Source: a virus (lineage: Duplodnaviria > Caudoviricetes). Taken from it: DNA of 38,177 bases. Location of the stretch: IMG/VR virus record IMGVR_UViG_3300025018_000289, positions 1 through 38,177 of that record, one strand, 5' to 3'. Each line of letters begins with the position of its first letter. Position 1 is the stretch's first letter. This document shows positions 9,013 through 17,233 of this stretch, piece by piece. Both the position numbers and the translations under genes were made by a program. A model generated the notes under the pieces. The model saw only the letters and a program-made list of their open reading frames with translations, had not been told where the DNA came from and ran no database searches.

Positions 9013-9708
9013 TTAAACCTCCCGTGTTATGTGGTGTTCCCACTGCCTCGATGCCGTTTCAGCAGCGGTATTAGATCTGGTAGCGCCGTCGGTCATCTCA
9101 TCCCAGCCGGCTGCTATTGTCACGGCTGACGGGTCCTTCGTGAACTCACAAGCAAGCGTCTCGACACCGTCGCGGTTCTCGCCGGCCAGGTGATTGCCTG
9201 AGCCATCCGGCTCGTCCTGATGCTGACAGCTAAGAGTGTACGTCATACCGCGCATCCCGGCCTCTACATCATCCAAGCTGAACGCTGTACCTATAGCAAC
9301 CAGGGCAAGCGTCCTCGGAATACCGTAACCTGCAGGAAAAACGATGGAAGGCGCATACTCGTTGAAATCGCCGTCTACATGAGCATTGTCATCATGCTGG
9401 TGGACCGTGACAGTCAGCTGAGGCCAGCCGGTTGCTTGCGGGGTGAGGGAGATGCTGTCTATGTGGTAGCCGCCTTTAACGCTGCCGACATTCGGAAGGA
9501 CCAGATTGCCCGCGGAGGCAAAGCATTCGTATTTGATAGTTCCGGCCGTCTTGCCGTCGTGTAACTGGTTTGCGGACTCATCACCGTTCGCCGCGAGGCC
9601 CTGCGCGCGCTGATTGGAATCGGCAAGCCCATCATCCTGCACGACCCAATCGCCGCCCAGGCTCAGAACGTCGGAGGGATTGAAAAACGGTACTAATTTG
9701 TCAGACAT
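9013..9708 (-). CDS. Putative major tail (tube) protein
   Basis: Acidic beta-rich 231 aa protein between tail terminator and chaperone/tape measure; AGGAG RBS; preceded by a copy of the late motif. Confidence 0.65.
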   Translation of the reverse strand: MSDKLVPFFNPSDVLSLGGDWVVQDDGLADSNQRAQGLAANGDESANQLHDGKTAGTIKYECFASAGNLVLPNVGSVKGGYHIDSISLTPQATGWPQLTVTVHQHDDNAHVDGDFNEYAPSIVFPAGYGIPRTLALVAIGTAFSLDDVEAGMRGMTYTLSCQHQDEPDGSGNHLAGENRDGVETLACEFTKDPSAVTIAAGWDEMTDGATRSNTAAETASRQWEHHITREV

Positions 9709-9741
9709 GGCTTATCTCCTGAGCTTAGTTAAAGACCTCAT

Positions 9742-9761
9742 GAGAATGGCCAGAGAATCAA
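9742..9761 (-). promoter_or_regulatory. Putative late promoter motif, copy 2 (TTGA-TTCTCT-GGCCAT-TCTC-ATG)
   Basis: Nearly identical to copy 1; upstream of the tail tube gene. Confidence 0.7.
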
Positions 9762-9765
9762 TCTG

Positions 9766-10203
9766 TCACAGACGGCCGCCTGTGCTGAACACAAGTTCGC
9801 ACTGCATGTTCAGCGTCCATGCCAGCACCTTTTTGGCTTCGTTCGCTACCGGCACGAAATCCGCTTGCGGCTCAGGGAAGCCCCCCATTTTGATGCGGAA
9901 ATTCTGAACATTGCCGCTGTTCAGGATTGGCAGCGCCTTGACGATCTGCATACTGAAGACGAGCGCATGCGGGCGCTGCGCGAAAGCTGCCTCGATGCGT
10001 GCAGCTATATGAACCGAAACCACATCCGGTGCCCAAGTCGTCTGTTCGTTGCCGCCAGGTCCACCAGTATAGAGAGCCCAAGCATTTACTATTGGAGGTA
10101 TATATCCCCGAAAGGCCTGCTTGCCTTCAACGCTGCCGGTCGCCTTGCAAAGCGCATTAAATACCGTGCTTTCCGCCTCAACCCATGCATTGTCAAAGTT
10201 CAT
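9766..10203 (-). CDS. Putative tail terminator / tail completion protein
   Basis: Size and position before the tail tube gene. Confidence 0.55.
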   Translation of the reverse strand: MNFDNAWVEAESTVFNALCKATGSVEGKQAFRGYIPPIVNAWALYTGGPGGNEQTTWAPDVVSVHIAARIEAAFAQRPHALVFSMQIVKALPILNSGNVQNFRIKMGGFPEPQADFVPVANEAKKVLAWTLNMQCELVFSTGGRL

Positions 10204-10726
10204 ACCAGCCCGCCCTCCTATGTTCTGCTTTGATGATGTCGAGAATCTTGCCTTCGTTGTCCACTATCGCCCGCTTAATGAACTTGTCGTCAGCCCTTGC
10301 GCCCTTTGCTATGGTACCGGGCCCGCGATTGCGCCAACTCTTCCCTTTTGCGTCATGGATCCGGCCAGCGTACTTTCCGGCCGCCGAATTCGAAGCGACA
10401 AAGATCCGGGCTGAGTCTGATGTGACCTCGCGCTCGATGGAGCGTTCCAGGCCGCCAGGGGAGGGCCTGTAAACGGTGCGATCTTTTGCGATCTTAAATA
10501 ATCGACCATCCTTGCCCTTTTTCCAGCCTCGTCTACCTTTTGTTTTTCTGGCTTTATTGAGTAATGATGCGCTAGGGGACTTAGGCGCATTCTTCTTGGC
10601 TTCACGCTGCACCAGGATGCCGATCGCCCTCAACGCCCGCAATGATGCTGCAGGGCCGTCTTTTGCGACTCGGTTGAGGGTCTGCAGGGCTTCTCTGACG
10701 CCTTTGAGTTCTATTGCCACGTCCAT
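10193..10726 (-). CDS. HK97 gp10-like neck/tail completion protein
   Basis: VAIELKGV..A start, REAKKNAP, GGLERSI, YAGRIHD and FIKRAI motifs. Confidence 0.8.
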   Translation of the reverse strand: MDVAIELKGVREALQTLNRVAKDGPAASLRALRAIGILVQREAKKNAPKSPSASLLNKARKTKGRRGWKKGKDGRLFKIAKDRTVYRPSPGGLERSIEREVTSDSARIFVASNSAAGKYAGRIHDAKGKSWRNRGPGTIAKGARADDKFIKRAIVDNEGKILDIIKAEHRRAGWYEL

Positions 10727-10746
10727 GACAATGGCCGGAAGATAAA
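10727..10746 (-). promoter_or_regulatory. Putative late promoter motif, copy 3 (TTTA-TCTTCC-GGCCAT-TGTC-ATG)
   Basis: Abuts the ATG at 10726. Confidence 0.7.
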
Positions 10747-10751
10747 GGCGC

Positions 10752-10780
10752 TTGACCCGGCATCAGTTGATTTGTAGGCT
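10752..10780 (+). promoter_or_regulatory. Sigma70-type promoter TTGACC-N17-TAGGCT driving a plus-strand sRNA
   Basis: -35 at 10752-10757, 17-nt spacer, -10 at 10775-10780. Confidence 0.7.
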
Positions 10781-10786
10781 ATTCAT

Positions 10787-10863
10787 AGATGCTGTAAGGG
10801 TTCTGGGTGTGGATCGTCCCTGCAGCTAGACGGATCGGGCACTCACGACCACCGTCTACTTTT
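10787..10863 (+). ncRNA. Candidate ~75-nt structured sRNA convergent with the MuF-toxin gene (putative RNA antitoxin)
   Basis: Stem 1 at 10791-10800/10818-10826. Stem 2 TAGACGG/CCGTCTA at 10827-33/10852-58, followed by CTTTT. Loop complementarity TGGGTGT (10804-10) with GCACTCA (10839-45). Confidence 0.6.
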
Positions 10864-12451
10864 CCTCTGGCCAGGACAGCCAATTCCTAATGTTTCGCCG
10901 TGTTGATACCGGCAACCATGACGCAACGGTTCCTGATATCCCAACAAAAGCAACAACGCCGTGTTTGCCATCGGCTTCTATGTCAGTATAAGCGCGGGTT
11001 CCGCCAGGACGCACTCGCACGGTGCCCGTTTTGACAGCCTTGATAGCAGAGTTGATAGCAGCAAACCTGCCATCCATATCCTTGGTTGTTTTGTTTGCCT
11101 TTTCCCAATGCGCGACAGTTCTGCTACTAAAAACAACATTCCGCCCGCGAGAGTCACGAATGGTGCCGATTTCGTCAAGGGCGGTTTTTGCTGTTGTAAA
11201 CCTTATTTGCCGCCCGATCTCTTCAGGCTTGATATTATCGCGGTCAATCTTGATTACGCCACCCAGCGAGCTCTTGCGATTTGATGCAATTTGACCAGTA
11301 GCTAAATCGCCTTTCTTTGCATATTCGAAGCGAGGAATCTTATCCATGGGCAGCCGATCCAGTACTGCTGGCGGTATCTTGTCGATTTCGCCGGCATGTT
11401 CTCCGATAAGGCCTGCGCTTAACTCCCGCTTGATCTTGTCCCGCTTGAGGTCCCGCTCGGCATCTTTCGCGTTCATCCCCGCATCGCGCTTGCCTTGTAT
11501 CCGGATGTCGTCATTGTATTTCTGGACCTGCTTAGGATCCGTCCAGTCCGCACCTGGCTGCTTTCGTTGCCTGTCGATCTCTGGTCCATCAATCTCCGGA
11601 ATTACCGCTTCCAGATTGCACCCGCAATTCGGATGTCCCCAGCCGCCATCGTAGGCCTGCGAGAGGCTGGGGTAGTGGGTCCGCTGTTTCCCGCTGATAT
11701 CAACGATCAGCCCAGCCCAGGCCCTGCAATACTGACACGGTTCACCATCGTCCACGATCCGGGCCAGCTCGTAGCCCTCCTTTACAATACCGTCCACATA
11801 GCTTTCATTGGATACGCGCTGGAAGGTAGTGCGTGTAAGCATGTTTAAATAGTCTGCGTTTGCCCAGGGACGCCCCGTAGCATCGACAAACCTGTCGCTC
11901 CGCAGATTCTTCGCGAGCCGATCCCATCGCTCCTGCAGCTTCTTGTGTGTCTCTCTAGCTGTCCATCCCTCTATGGTCTGCTGTCGGAACGTGTCCAGGA
12001 AGGCTGATCTCAGATTGCGGAGGTCAGAACCAGTCATCTGCTGCGTGAAGACGCCAGCCAGATTCTTCGTATTCTTACCGTGGACTATCTCCCAGTATCG
12101 CTTGACTAGGCGTCGGTCGAATGCGACCAGGCTGCCGACCTTTGCGCCGGCGGCTTTTAGATCCTTTTTTGCCTGGCTGTGCCACTCAATTGCAGTCTGC
12201 TCAACCTGATCCTTCATCCAGGAGTCAATGCCAGCTGCAGCTAAATCGTAGACGCCGGTCACTTCGGTATACAGGGCATTCCTGGCCGCCGCACTGGTAG
12301 CTGACTTGGTTCGGGCTGCCACCGCCTCAATCTTGGCCGCCACGGCCTGCTGAGCGCGTTTAAGGCGTGTTCTGAGCTCTACCGTAGCCATGACCTCGCG
12401 GCGCTTAAGCTTCGCTATAAGCTCTGCTGGCGTTGGTTTCTTGCGGGGCAT
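10856..12451 (-). CDS. MuF / phage minor capsid protein with C-terminal extension, probably a BECR-fold (PBECR-like) RNase toxin domain
   Basis: FVDATGRPW...Y..ML.RT, PCQYC, SL..A...G.GHPNCGC motifs. C-terminal ~110 aa reads IRDSRGRNVVFSSRTVAHW...DMDGRF..I..A..AV...RAY...GVVAFV....VASW. Confidence 0.75.
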   Translation of the reverse strand: MPRKKPTPAELIAKLKRREVMATVELRTRLKRAQQAVAAKIEAVAARTKSATSAAARNALYTEVTGVYDLAAAGIDSWMKDQVEQTAIEWHSQAKKDLKAAGAKVGSLVAFDRRLVKRYWEIVHGKNTKNLAGVFTQQMTGSDLRNLRSAFLDTFRQQTIEGWTARETHKKLQERWDRLAKNLRSDRFVDATGRPWANADYLNMLTRTTFQRVSNESYVDGIVKEGYELARIVDDGEPCQYCRAWAGLIVDISGKQRTHYPSLSQAYDGGWGHPNCGCNLEAVIPEIDGPEIDRQRKQPGADWTDPKQVQKYNDDIRIQGKRDAGMNAKDAERDLKRDKIKRELSAGLIGEHAGEIDKIPPAVLDRLPMDKIPRFEYAKKGDLATGQIASNRKSSLGGVIKIDRDNIKPEEIGRQIRFTTAKTALDEIGTIRDSRGRNVVFSSRTVAHWEKANKTTKDMDGRFAAINSAIKAVKTGTVRVRPGGTRAYTDIEADGKHGVVAFVGISGTVASWLPVSTRRNIRNWLSWPEEK

Positions 12452-12454
12452 GAG

Positions 12455-12838
12455 TTACCCCCTGGCAAGATGGATCATTGGCCCAATCCCTAGCCATCGC
12501 ATAGCTTCAGGGGATATCATAGCTTTCTGAGAATCTCTTGCGTTGTCCGGCTTTTCAGGATCGGAGGCAATGAACGCAGGTGCTGATTGTTCGCCGTTAG
12601 CAATCACGCCGTTTTCTAGCATCCAGAGGGCCTGCTCGTAGACCGCGTAGTCTGGGCGAAAGGAGTAATCGGTAGTATCAACGGGCTCGTTGTCTATGTC
12701 AGAGTTGATTGCCCTATTGAGGACCCGCTTAGCGTGTGCAATGGCCGCTGTACGCTGAGGATCCGCAAAGCCGTTCCAGACCTGCGCCCTCATGTGCTGA
12801 GAAAAGTAACTGGTTGCGCCTGTAACATCTATGCTCAT
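12455..12838 (-). CDS. Head-tail connector/adaptor protein; start at MSIDVT
   Basis: A..YF..H....W.....QR.AA...A.R and AVYEQALWML...ISPEAMRWL pattern; GGAGG RBS. Confidence 0.7.
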   Translation of the reverse strand: MSIDVTGATSYFSQHMRAQVWNGFADPQRTAAIAHAKRVLNRAINSDIDNEPVDTTDYSFRPDYAVYEQALWMLENGVIANGEQSAPAFIASDPEKPDNARDSQKAMISPEAMRWLGIGPMIHLARG

Positions 12839-12861
12839 ATTGCTGCCTCCGTAAAACGGCA

Positions 12862-12892
12862 CGCCCCTCGGCAAGGAGATAACCGAGGGGCG
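12862..12892 (-). terminator. Perfect 10-bp hairpin after the capsid operon (possible weak terminator or mRNA stabiliser)
   Basis: CGCCCCTCGG-N11-CCGAGGGGCG, followed on the minus strand by TGCCGTTTT. Confidence 0.5.
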
Positions 12893-12914
12893 CTAGACGT
12901 GTCTGCACACAGCG

Positions 12915-13226
12915 TTAACCGTTTTTAGCTACTTTGAAACCTTGCTTTGTGAAATGATCAACATCAACCCTCGCACAAGTGCGCTGCCTAATCATCTCGC
13001 CGTCGCGATTGTATTTCTCAATCACAACAACATCTTTGGATTCTGCATCACGCTTTGCGGCCTCGGCTCTCTGCTTGGCTTCGCGCTCTTCGCGGGCTTT
13101 CTGCAATTCAGCCCTTGTCGGGGCGCGGGTCGAAAGCTTCGCCACTTGCTCAGCCAGTTCAGCATTCTTCTGCTTCAGGGCTTCGATCTCAGCCAGGACT
13201 TCCTTGTTCTCTTTTTCAGGTGCCAT
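12915..13226 (-). CDS. Small coiled-coil protein downstream of the major capsid gene
   Basis: AGGAGG RBS; position. Confidence 0.7.
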   Translation of the reverse strand: MAPEKENKEVLAEIEALKQKNAELAEQVAKLSTRAPTRAELQKAREEREAKQRAEAAKRDAESKDVVVIEKYNRDGEMIRQRTCARVDVDHFTKQGFKVAKNG

Positions 13227-13291
13227 AACTCAATTCCTCCTGCTCTCCCGAGCGGGGATTAACCCGCCCAGGAATTGCAAACAGTTAAACA

Positions 13292-14152
13292 TTAGGCCAG
13301 CAATGTGGCGTTCAGGTTGATGTCAATAACATTGGCCGGCTTGTAGACCTTGGCCCCGGCCGTCACTCTTGCACGGATACCATCCGCCCAGAAGCCTTCC
13401 AGCCTGATCTTCTCAATCGTCGGGCTGATCTGTACAGCCAGAGCAAGTCCGTCGCCCTTGACGCCCGCCAGGCCATGCAGGGTGCTTGATCCCTGAACAT
13501 TCCTCGACCCGTACACGCTGAATCCGAACAGATCCTTCGCGACAAGCCCGTTCTGGTGCATCTGGTCGCCCAGGTTAGTGGCCCGGCTTCCGTAGTACAG
13601 CCTGATTGCCTGAATGGCAACATTCGGGAGCGTCAGGAACCGACCTTCTGCAGGGGCATCAACATCATCCAGCCCTTTGTGCACAGCGGCGCAGAACTTA
13701 GGCCAGTCGGAGGCATCAGATCCCCACTGCCATGGTGTTGATCCTGTTTCGAAGCTGTCGCTGCCTGCGTTGGCATACTGCTCCATGACAAGCACATCGA
13801 CATCGCCGTTCAGGACATACATCATACGCGACGCCAAGGCGCCTTCCAGTGACTGGCGTCCGCATTCGATCTCGTGCATATCCCTGTCATGCAACTTGAC
13901 CGAAATAGTCTTGTCCAGCGTGATGGTCAGCGTGCTCGCCGTTGTGTCGACATCGCTGTACGTCATCGGGTTGGCTTCGTCTGTGTTTGCAGACGATACA
14001 TCGCCCTCGGTGTTGATCGTTACCTGCTTGCCTTTCTGCGTCAATCCTACACCCAGGCCAAGGTTGCAGAATTCTGATCCGACCAGGTTCTTGCGGGCAA
14101 GAAGGATCATCTTTGCCAGCATCAGTGTTGATTTGAAGTTCTCGAATGACAT
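13292..14152 (-). CDS. Major capsid protein (P22-coat/HK97 fold, no delta domain)
   Basis: G..VTIN, LTITLDK, LDDVDAP.EGRFL, G.....FGFSVY.S.NV and GAKVYKP motifs; GAGGT RBS. Confidence 0.85.
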   Translation of the reverse strand: MSFENFKSTLMLAKMILLARKNLVGSEFCNLGLGVGLTQKGKQVTINTEGDVSSANTDEANPMTYSDVDTTASTLTITLDKTISVKLHDRDMHEIECGRQSLEGALASRMMYVLNGDVDVLVMEQYANAGSDSFETGSTPWQWGSDASDWPKFCAAVHKGLDDVDAPAEGRFLTLPNVAIQAIRLYYGSRATNLGDQMHQNGLVAKDLFGFSVYGSRNVQGSSTLHGLAGVKGDGLALAVQISPTIEKIRLEGFWADGIRARVTAGAKVYKPANVIDINLNATLLA

Positions 14153-14197
14153 GTGAATTACCTCGTTATATGTTTTGTCTCAAACTGTGATCTCTAT

Positions 14198-14217
14198 ACA
14201 AATGGCCTCGATTTAAA
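14198..14217 (-). promoter_or_regulatory. Putative late promoter motif, copy 4 (TTTA-AATCGA-GGCCAT-TTGT-ATA), upstream of the major capsid gene
   Basis: Same spacing as the other copies. Confidence 0.65.
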
Positions 14218-14220
14218 GCC

Positions 14221-14829
14221 TTAGTAGTCGCCCAGGTTTATCCAGGTGATCTCCGTTGTTGCGCTAAAAGTCAGTGTTGCGTTGTTTGTGACATCATCAG
14301 CATCCACAAGGAAGTTTACATAAACATCCTTCGCTGTAGTTGTGCCATCGAACTGCGCAGATGCAGCCAGAGCCGCAGATGTTACGTTCGTAACAGCGTC
14401 AATGCTTGTTGCGGGACAAAGATCCACGCCTGTGGTCTCAAGGGCCGCGCCAGCCGCGACTGTAGTTCCGAGCGAGAAGTCGCCGCCATCAGTCACGGAG
14501 AATCCATTAGCCGCAACAGGGATGACTGTCATGTCTTTAACGGTTACGCCTAGAACGAGAATCCGGCCTTCAGGCATATCGTATACCTTCACGCCGCCGA
14601 CAGAATTCGTTCCCGATCCGCCGTAAGTGATTGTTGCAGGCGTATCAGTACACGTGACAACTGTTTTGTGAACCTCGCCGTATGACTGCGTTGCCGCAAC
14701 AGTGGTCCCGTTCACAGCGCCAGCTGTCGTGCTGTCAGCCTTGATGTATACGGGGATTATCTCGCCAGCCGCATACAATATGCCCACCATAGCCATCGCT
14801 GCAAGTGATGCCAGAATCAATTTCTTCAC
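14221..14829 (-). CDS. Putative head decoration protein with a Sec signal peptide
   Basis: Between scaffold and capsid genes; beta-rich, Thr/Ala/Val-rich; begins (GTG) MKKLILASLAAMAMVGILYA|AG with GGGAGG RBS. Confidence 0.7.
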   Translation of the reverse strand: MKKLILASLAAMAMVGILYAAGEIIPVYIKADSTTAGAVNGTTVAATQSYGEVHKTVVTCTDTPATITYGGSGTNSVGGVKVYDMPEGRILVLGVTVKDMTVIPVAANGFSVTDGGDFSLGTTVAAGAALETTGVDLCPATSIDAVTNVTSAALAASAQFDGTTTAKDVYVNFLVDADDVTNNATLTFSATTEITWINLGDY

Positions 14830-14858
14830 TATGAGCCTCCCAAACGCCTAAAGCGTTG

Positions 14859-15566
14859 TTAGTTTATTGTCAATGTTCCAGCCATGTCGGCCTGCTCCAT
14901 CTTCGCGAGCTCTTTTTCCACATCTTCGATAGAGCCGCTTTTCGCCATTTCAATCAGAGCATCGCCCTTGATCGTCGTGGGTGTTGATGTCTCGCGACCG
15001 CCAACGTGAGGAGGTGATCCTGCGCCGCCGCCTGATGCATCGAGAATTGCGGCCTTATTCATCGCCTTCCAGGTGTCAACCTTGACCTTGATGACATTCT
15101 CGTCATCCAGGTTGTCAACGCCCTCAAAGGCTCCGGCAAAGCTTCTCTCGAGCATCTTTTGGTCTAATCCGCCAACGAACTGAATGCCTGCCTCACGGCG
15201 CAGCTCGGAAAGCCGCTGATTCCTCAGCATGCCAGCCTTTTCCTGTTCGGTGGATTGGATCTTGGTCTGCAGATCATTGAGCTGTTTAGAGAGCCCTGCG
15301 ATCTGCCCCTGCGCCTTCTCAAGGTCTGTCTTCCCAGCATTAGCAGCGTGATCAAGCTTGCCCTGCATCTCCTCAAGCTTTTTATTCAGATCCTCGCGCT
15401 CTTTCTCAAGAGCAGCAGCCTTTTCCTCCGCCTTGCGCCTTGCGGCCGCAGCGATATCATTAGCAGCTTTCTCAGGATCATGATCGGCAAGAAACTTCTT
15501 TTCCTCGTCGGTAAGAGCCTCGCCTTTTGCTACTTTTGCCAGAATATCCTTGAGCTTCATTGTCAC
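14859..15566 (-). CDS. Capsid scaffolding protein
   Basis: Long charged coiled coil with GGGAGSPP linker; between portal and capsid genes. Confidence 0.8.
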   Translation of the reverse strand: MTMKLKDILAKVAKGEALTDEEKKFLADHDPEKAANDIAAAARRKAEEKAAALEKEREDLNKKLEEMQGKLDHAANAGKTDLEKAQGQIAGLSKQLNDLQTKIQSTEQEKAGMLRNQRLSELRREAGIQFVGGLDQKMLERSFAGAFEGVDNLDDENVIKVKVDTWKAMNKAAILDASGGGAGSPPHVGGRETSTPTTIKGDALIEMAKSGSIEDVEKELAKMEQADMAGTLTIN

Positions 15567-15642
15567 ATCCTCTTTTCAGGGGTTTACACGGCCCCAGTCA
15601 ACCGTTCATGCCTGATGCGCCCAGACAAGGAGGCGAACTTAC

Positions 15643-15662
15643 AAAAGTGGCCAGCGAATCAA
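15643..15662 (-). promoter_or_regulatory. Putative late promoter motif, copy 5 (TTGA-TTCGCT-GGCCAC-TTTT-GTA), upstream of the scaffold gene
   Basis: Same spacing; immediately after the portal stop codon. Confidence 0.65.
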
Positions 15663-17213
15663 TCAAGCCTGATCATCAGGTGGGATCGGTGGCAATAACG
15701 ACGCGAGCGACGTGAGGTCCTGAATATCCATCTTATCGATCTCGTCGAGGACCGCAGTCATACGGTCTTTCGGGATCGAAACGATAGCCCCCAGGAGCTT
15801 CATGCTGGCCTTCATCACCTCGCGCCGGCCGGAATCAGGCAGTTCAAGGTTGCCCAGCTGAACCAGTGTCGCTATGTCCTGTTCAGGCTCAGGAATGTCG
15901 AATTGACGCGGGTACTCAGGCTTGTATGCCTTGAAGCTGGTGTCGATCAGCTTTGATAACTCCACTGCCTTAGCTTCCGCGTCCTCAAGCTCAATGGCAC
16001 GAGTCCGCATTGTGTTGGACGGGTCAAGGTTGTCCCATGCCTTCGACTTCGCGCTCTGCGCCTGGTTGGTCTCGGGATTAGCCATTGCCAGCCCTACAAT
16101 GTTCATGAGTTCCTTGCGCCTGCGCATGATCTCGTCCGGGATAGCCTTAAGATCACCAGCGGCCGGCGTGAGGTACCTGGTCAATCCGGACGCCTCAGTT
16201 GGCTCTAAGATCGGGTAATTCAGTCCTCGCACCAATTCCAGTGCCTTCTGGTATCCCTCAATCCCATCAAGTTGAGTCAGGCGCATGATGTCCTCGATGA
16301 TGCCATGCGGCAAAACAAGTTGCGGGTAAACCGTCGTGATCAGGTTCTCATTGTGAGCGCTTTCCAGATCCAGCAGGGATGCCTGCACGCGCTCGACATC
16401 ATCAAACCACCAGGGCTTGACGGAGGGTATCCCCATCAGGACAAACGGGACCGCTTGCGCTGCAAATTCAACGCGCTCCTCACTCGCAACCTTCGACCCG
16501 TCTTTCTCGTCAAGAATGAGTCGCGTCATACGGCCGCGCTCCCAAATCGTACGCACCTTCTGCGTGCTCGCCTCAACGGTAAAATCTTCGTTATTGTAGA
16601 CGGCCTGCTCGGTAATCAGCCACTTGAGTTTGCCGGTACCGTCGAAATGCCAGTCAACAATCTCATCAGAATTCCAGAGCATCCAGAAGACACGATCGCC
16701 AACAGCTTCCCTTTGGGCCACTGATCTGGGGGAGGGGAGACCAGTCGCTGGATCTCTTGGCATAACAGCCCGATCCACGCTCAACCAGCACCACTGACCC
16801 GCTGTCAGAGACGCGGACGCTTCCTGCATCAAGCAATTAACTGACAGGCCTGTCTTTGTAGCGTCCACCTGAAATGCCTCATCAATGCCATTACGGATGA
16901 TGTCGCCGCCGAAAACATACTGATTGATCTTGGTGACTATGCGTCGAGCGTAATTGATGCAATAAGCTCGGTCTTTTCGCCCGATGATGCTGCCGCCAGG
17001 CTTTGCCCAGTTACTTGACCACTTCGACTCGTGCACAGATCCCTGCGAGTTGCCGGCCCATGATACATCAGACTCGCAAGGGAAGCGCGTCAGTCGAGCG
17101 TCGATGTAGTCTTTCCCGCCGGCTGCAGCCATGTGGTTGTAGCTCAGCTGAGAGCCGCGTTTTTGAAGGATCTTGTGTCTACGGGTAGCACGAATATCTT
17201 GAATCTTTGCCAT
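15663..17213 (-). CDS. Portal protein; start reassigned to MAKIQ at 17213
   Basis: Follows TerL. R..RAY.INYARRIV, VPFV and QSAKSKAWD motifs typical of SPP1-like portals. Confidence 0.85.
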   Translation of the reverse strand: MAKIQDIRATRRHKILQKRGSQLSYNHMAAAGGKDYIDARLTRFPCESDVSWAGNSQGSVHESKWSSNWAKPGGSIIGRKDRAYCINYARRIVTKINQYVFGGDIIRNGIDEAFQVDATKTGLSVNCLMQEASASLTAGQWCWLSVDRAVMPRDPATGLPSPRSVAQREAVGDRVFWMLWNSDEIVDWHFDGTGKLKWLITEQAVYNNEDFTVEASTQKVRTIWERGRMTRLILDEKDGSKVASEERVEFAAQAVPFVLMGIPSVKPWWFDDVERVQASLLDLESAHNENLITTVYPQLVLPHGIIEDIMRLTQLDGIEGYQKALELVRGLNYPILEPTEASGLTRYLTPAAGDLKAIPDEIMRRRKELMNIVGLAMANPETNQAQSAKSKAWDNLDPSNTMRTRAIELEDAEAKAVELSKLIDTSFKAYKPEYPRQFDIPEPEQDIATLVQLGNLELPDSGRREVMKASMKLLGAIVSIPKDRMTAVLDEIDKMDIQDLTSLASLLPPIPPDDQA

Positions 17214-17233
17214 ATTGATGGCCGGACAATCAA
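17214..17233 (-). promoter_or_regulatory. Putative late promoter motif, copy 6 (TTGA-TTGTCC-GGCCAT-CAAT-ATG)
   Basis: Abuts the portal ATG. Confidence 0.7.

Noticed and set aside
14805-14822. Eighth copy of the late motif (GATGCCAGAATCAA)
   Set aside because: It lacks GGCC and the 6-nt spacing, and lies inside a coding start.
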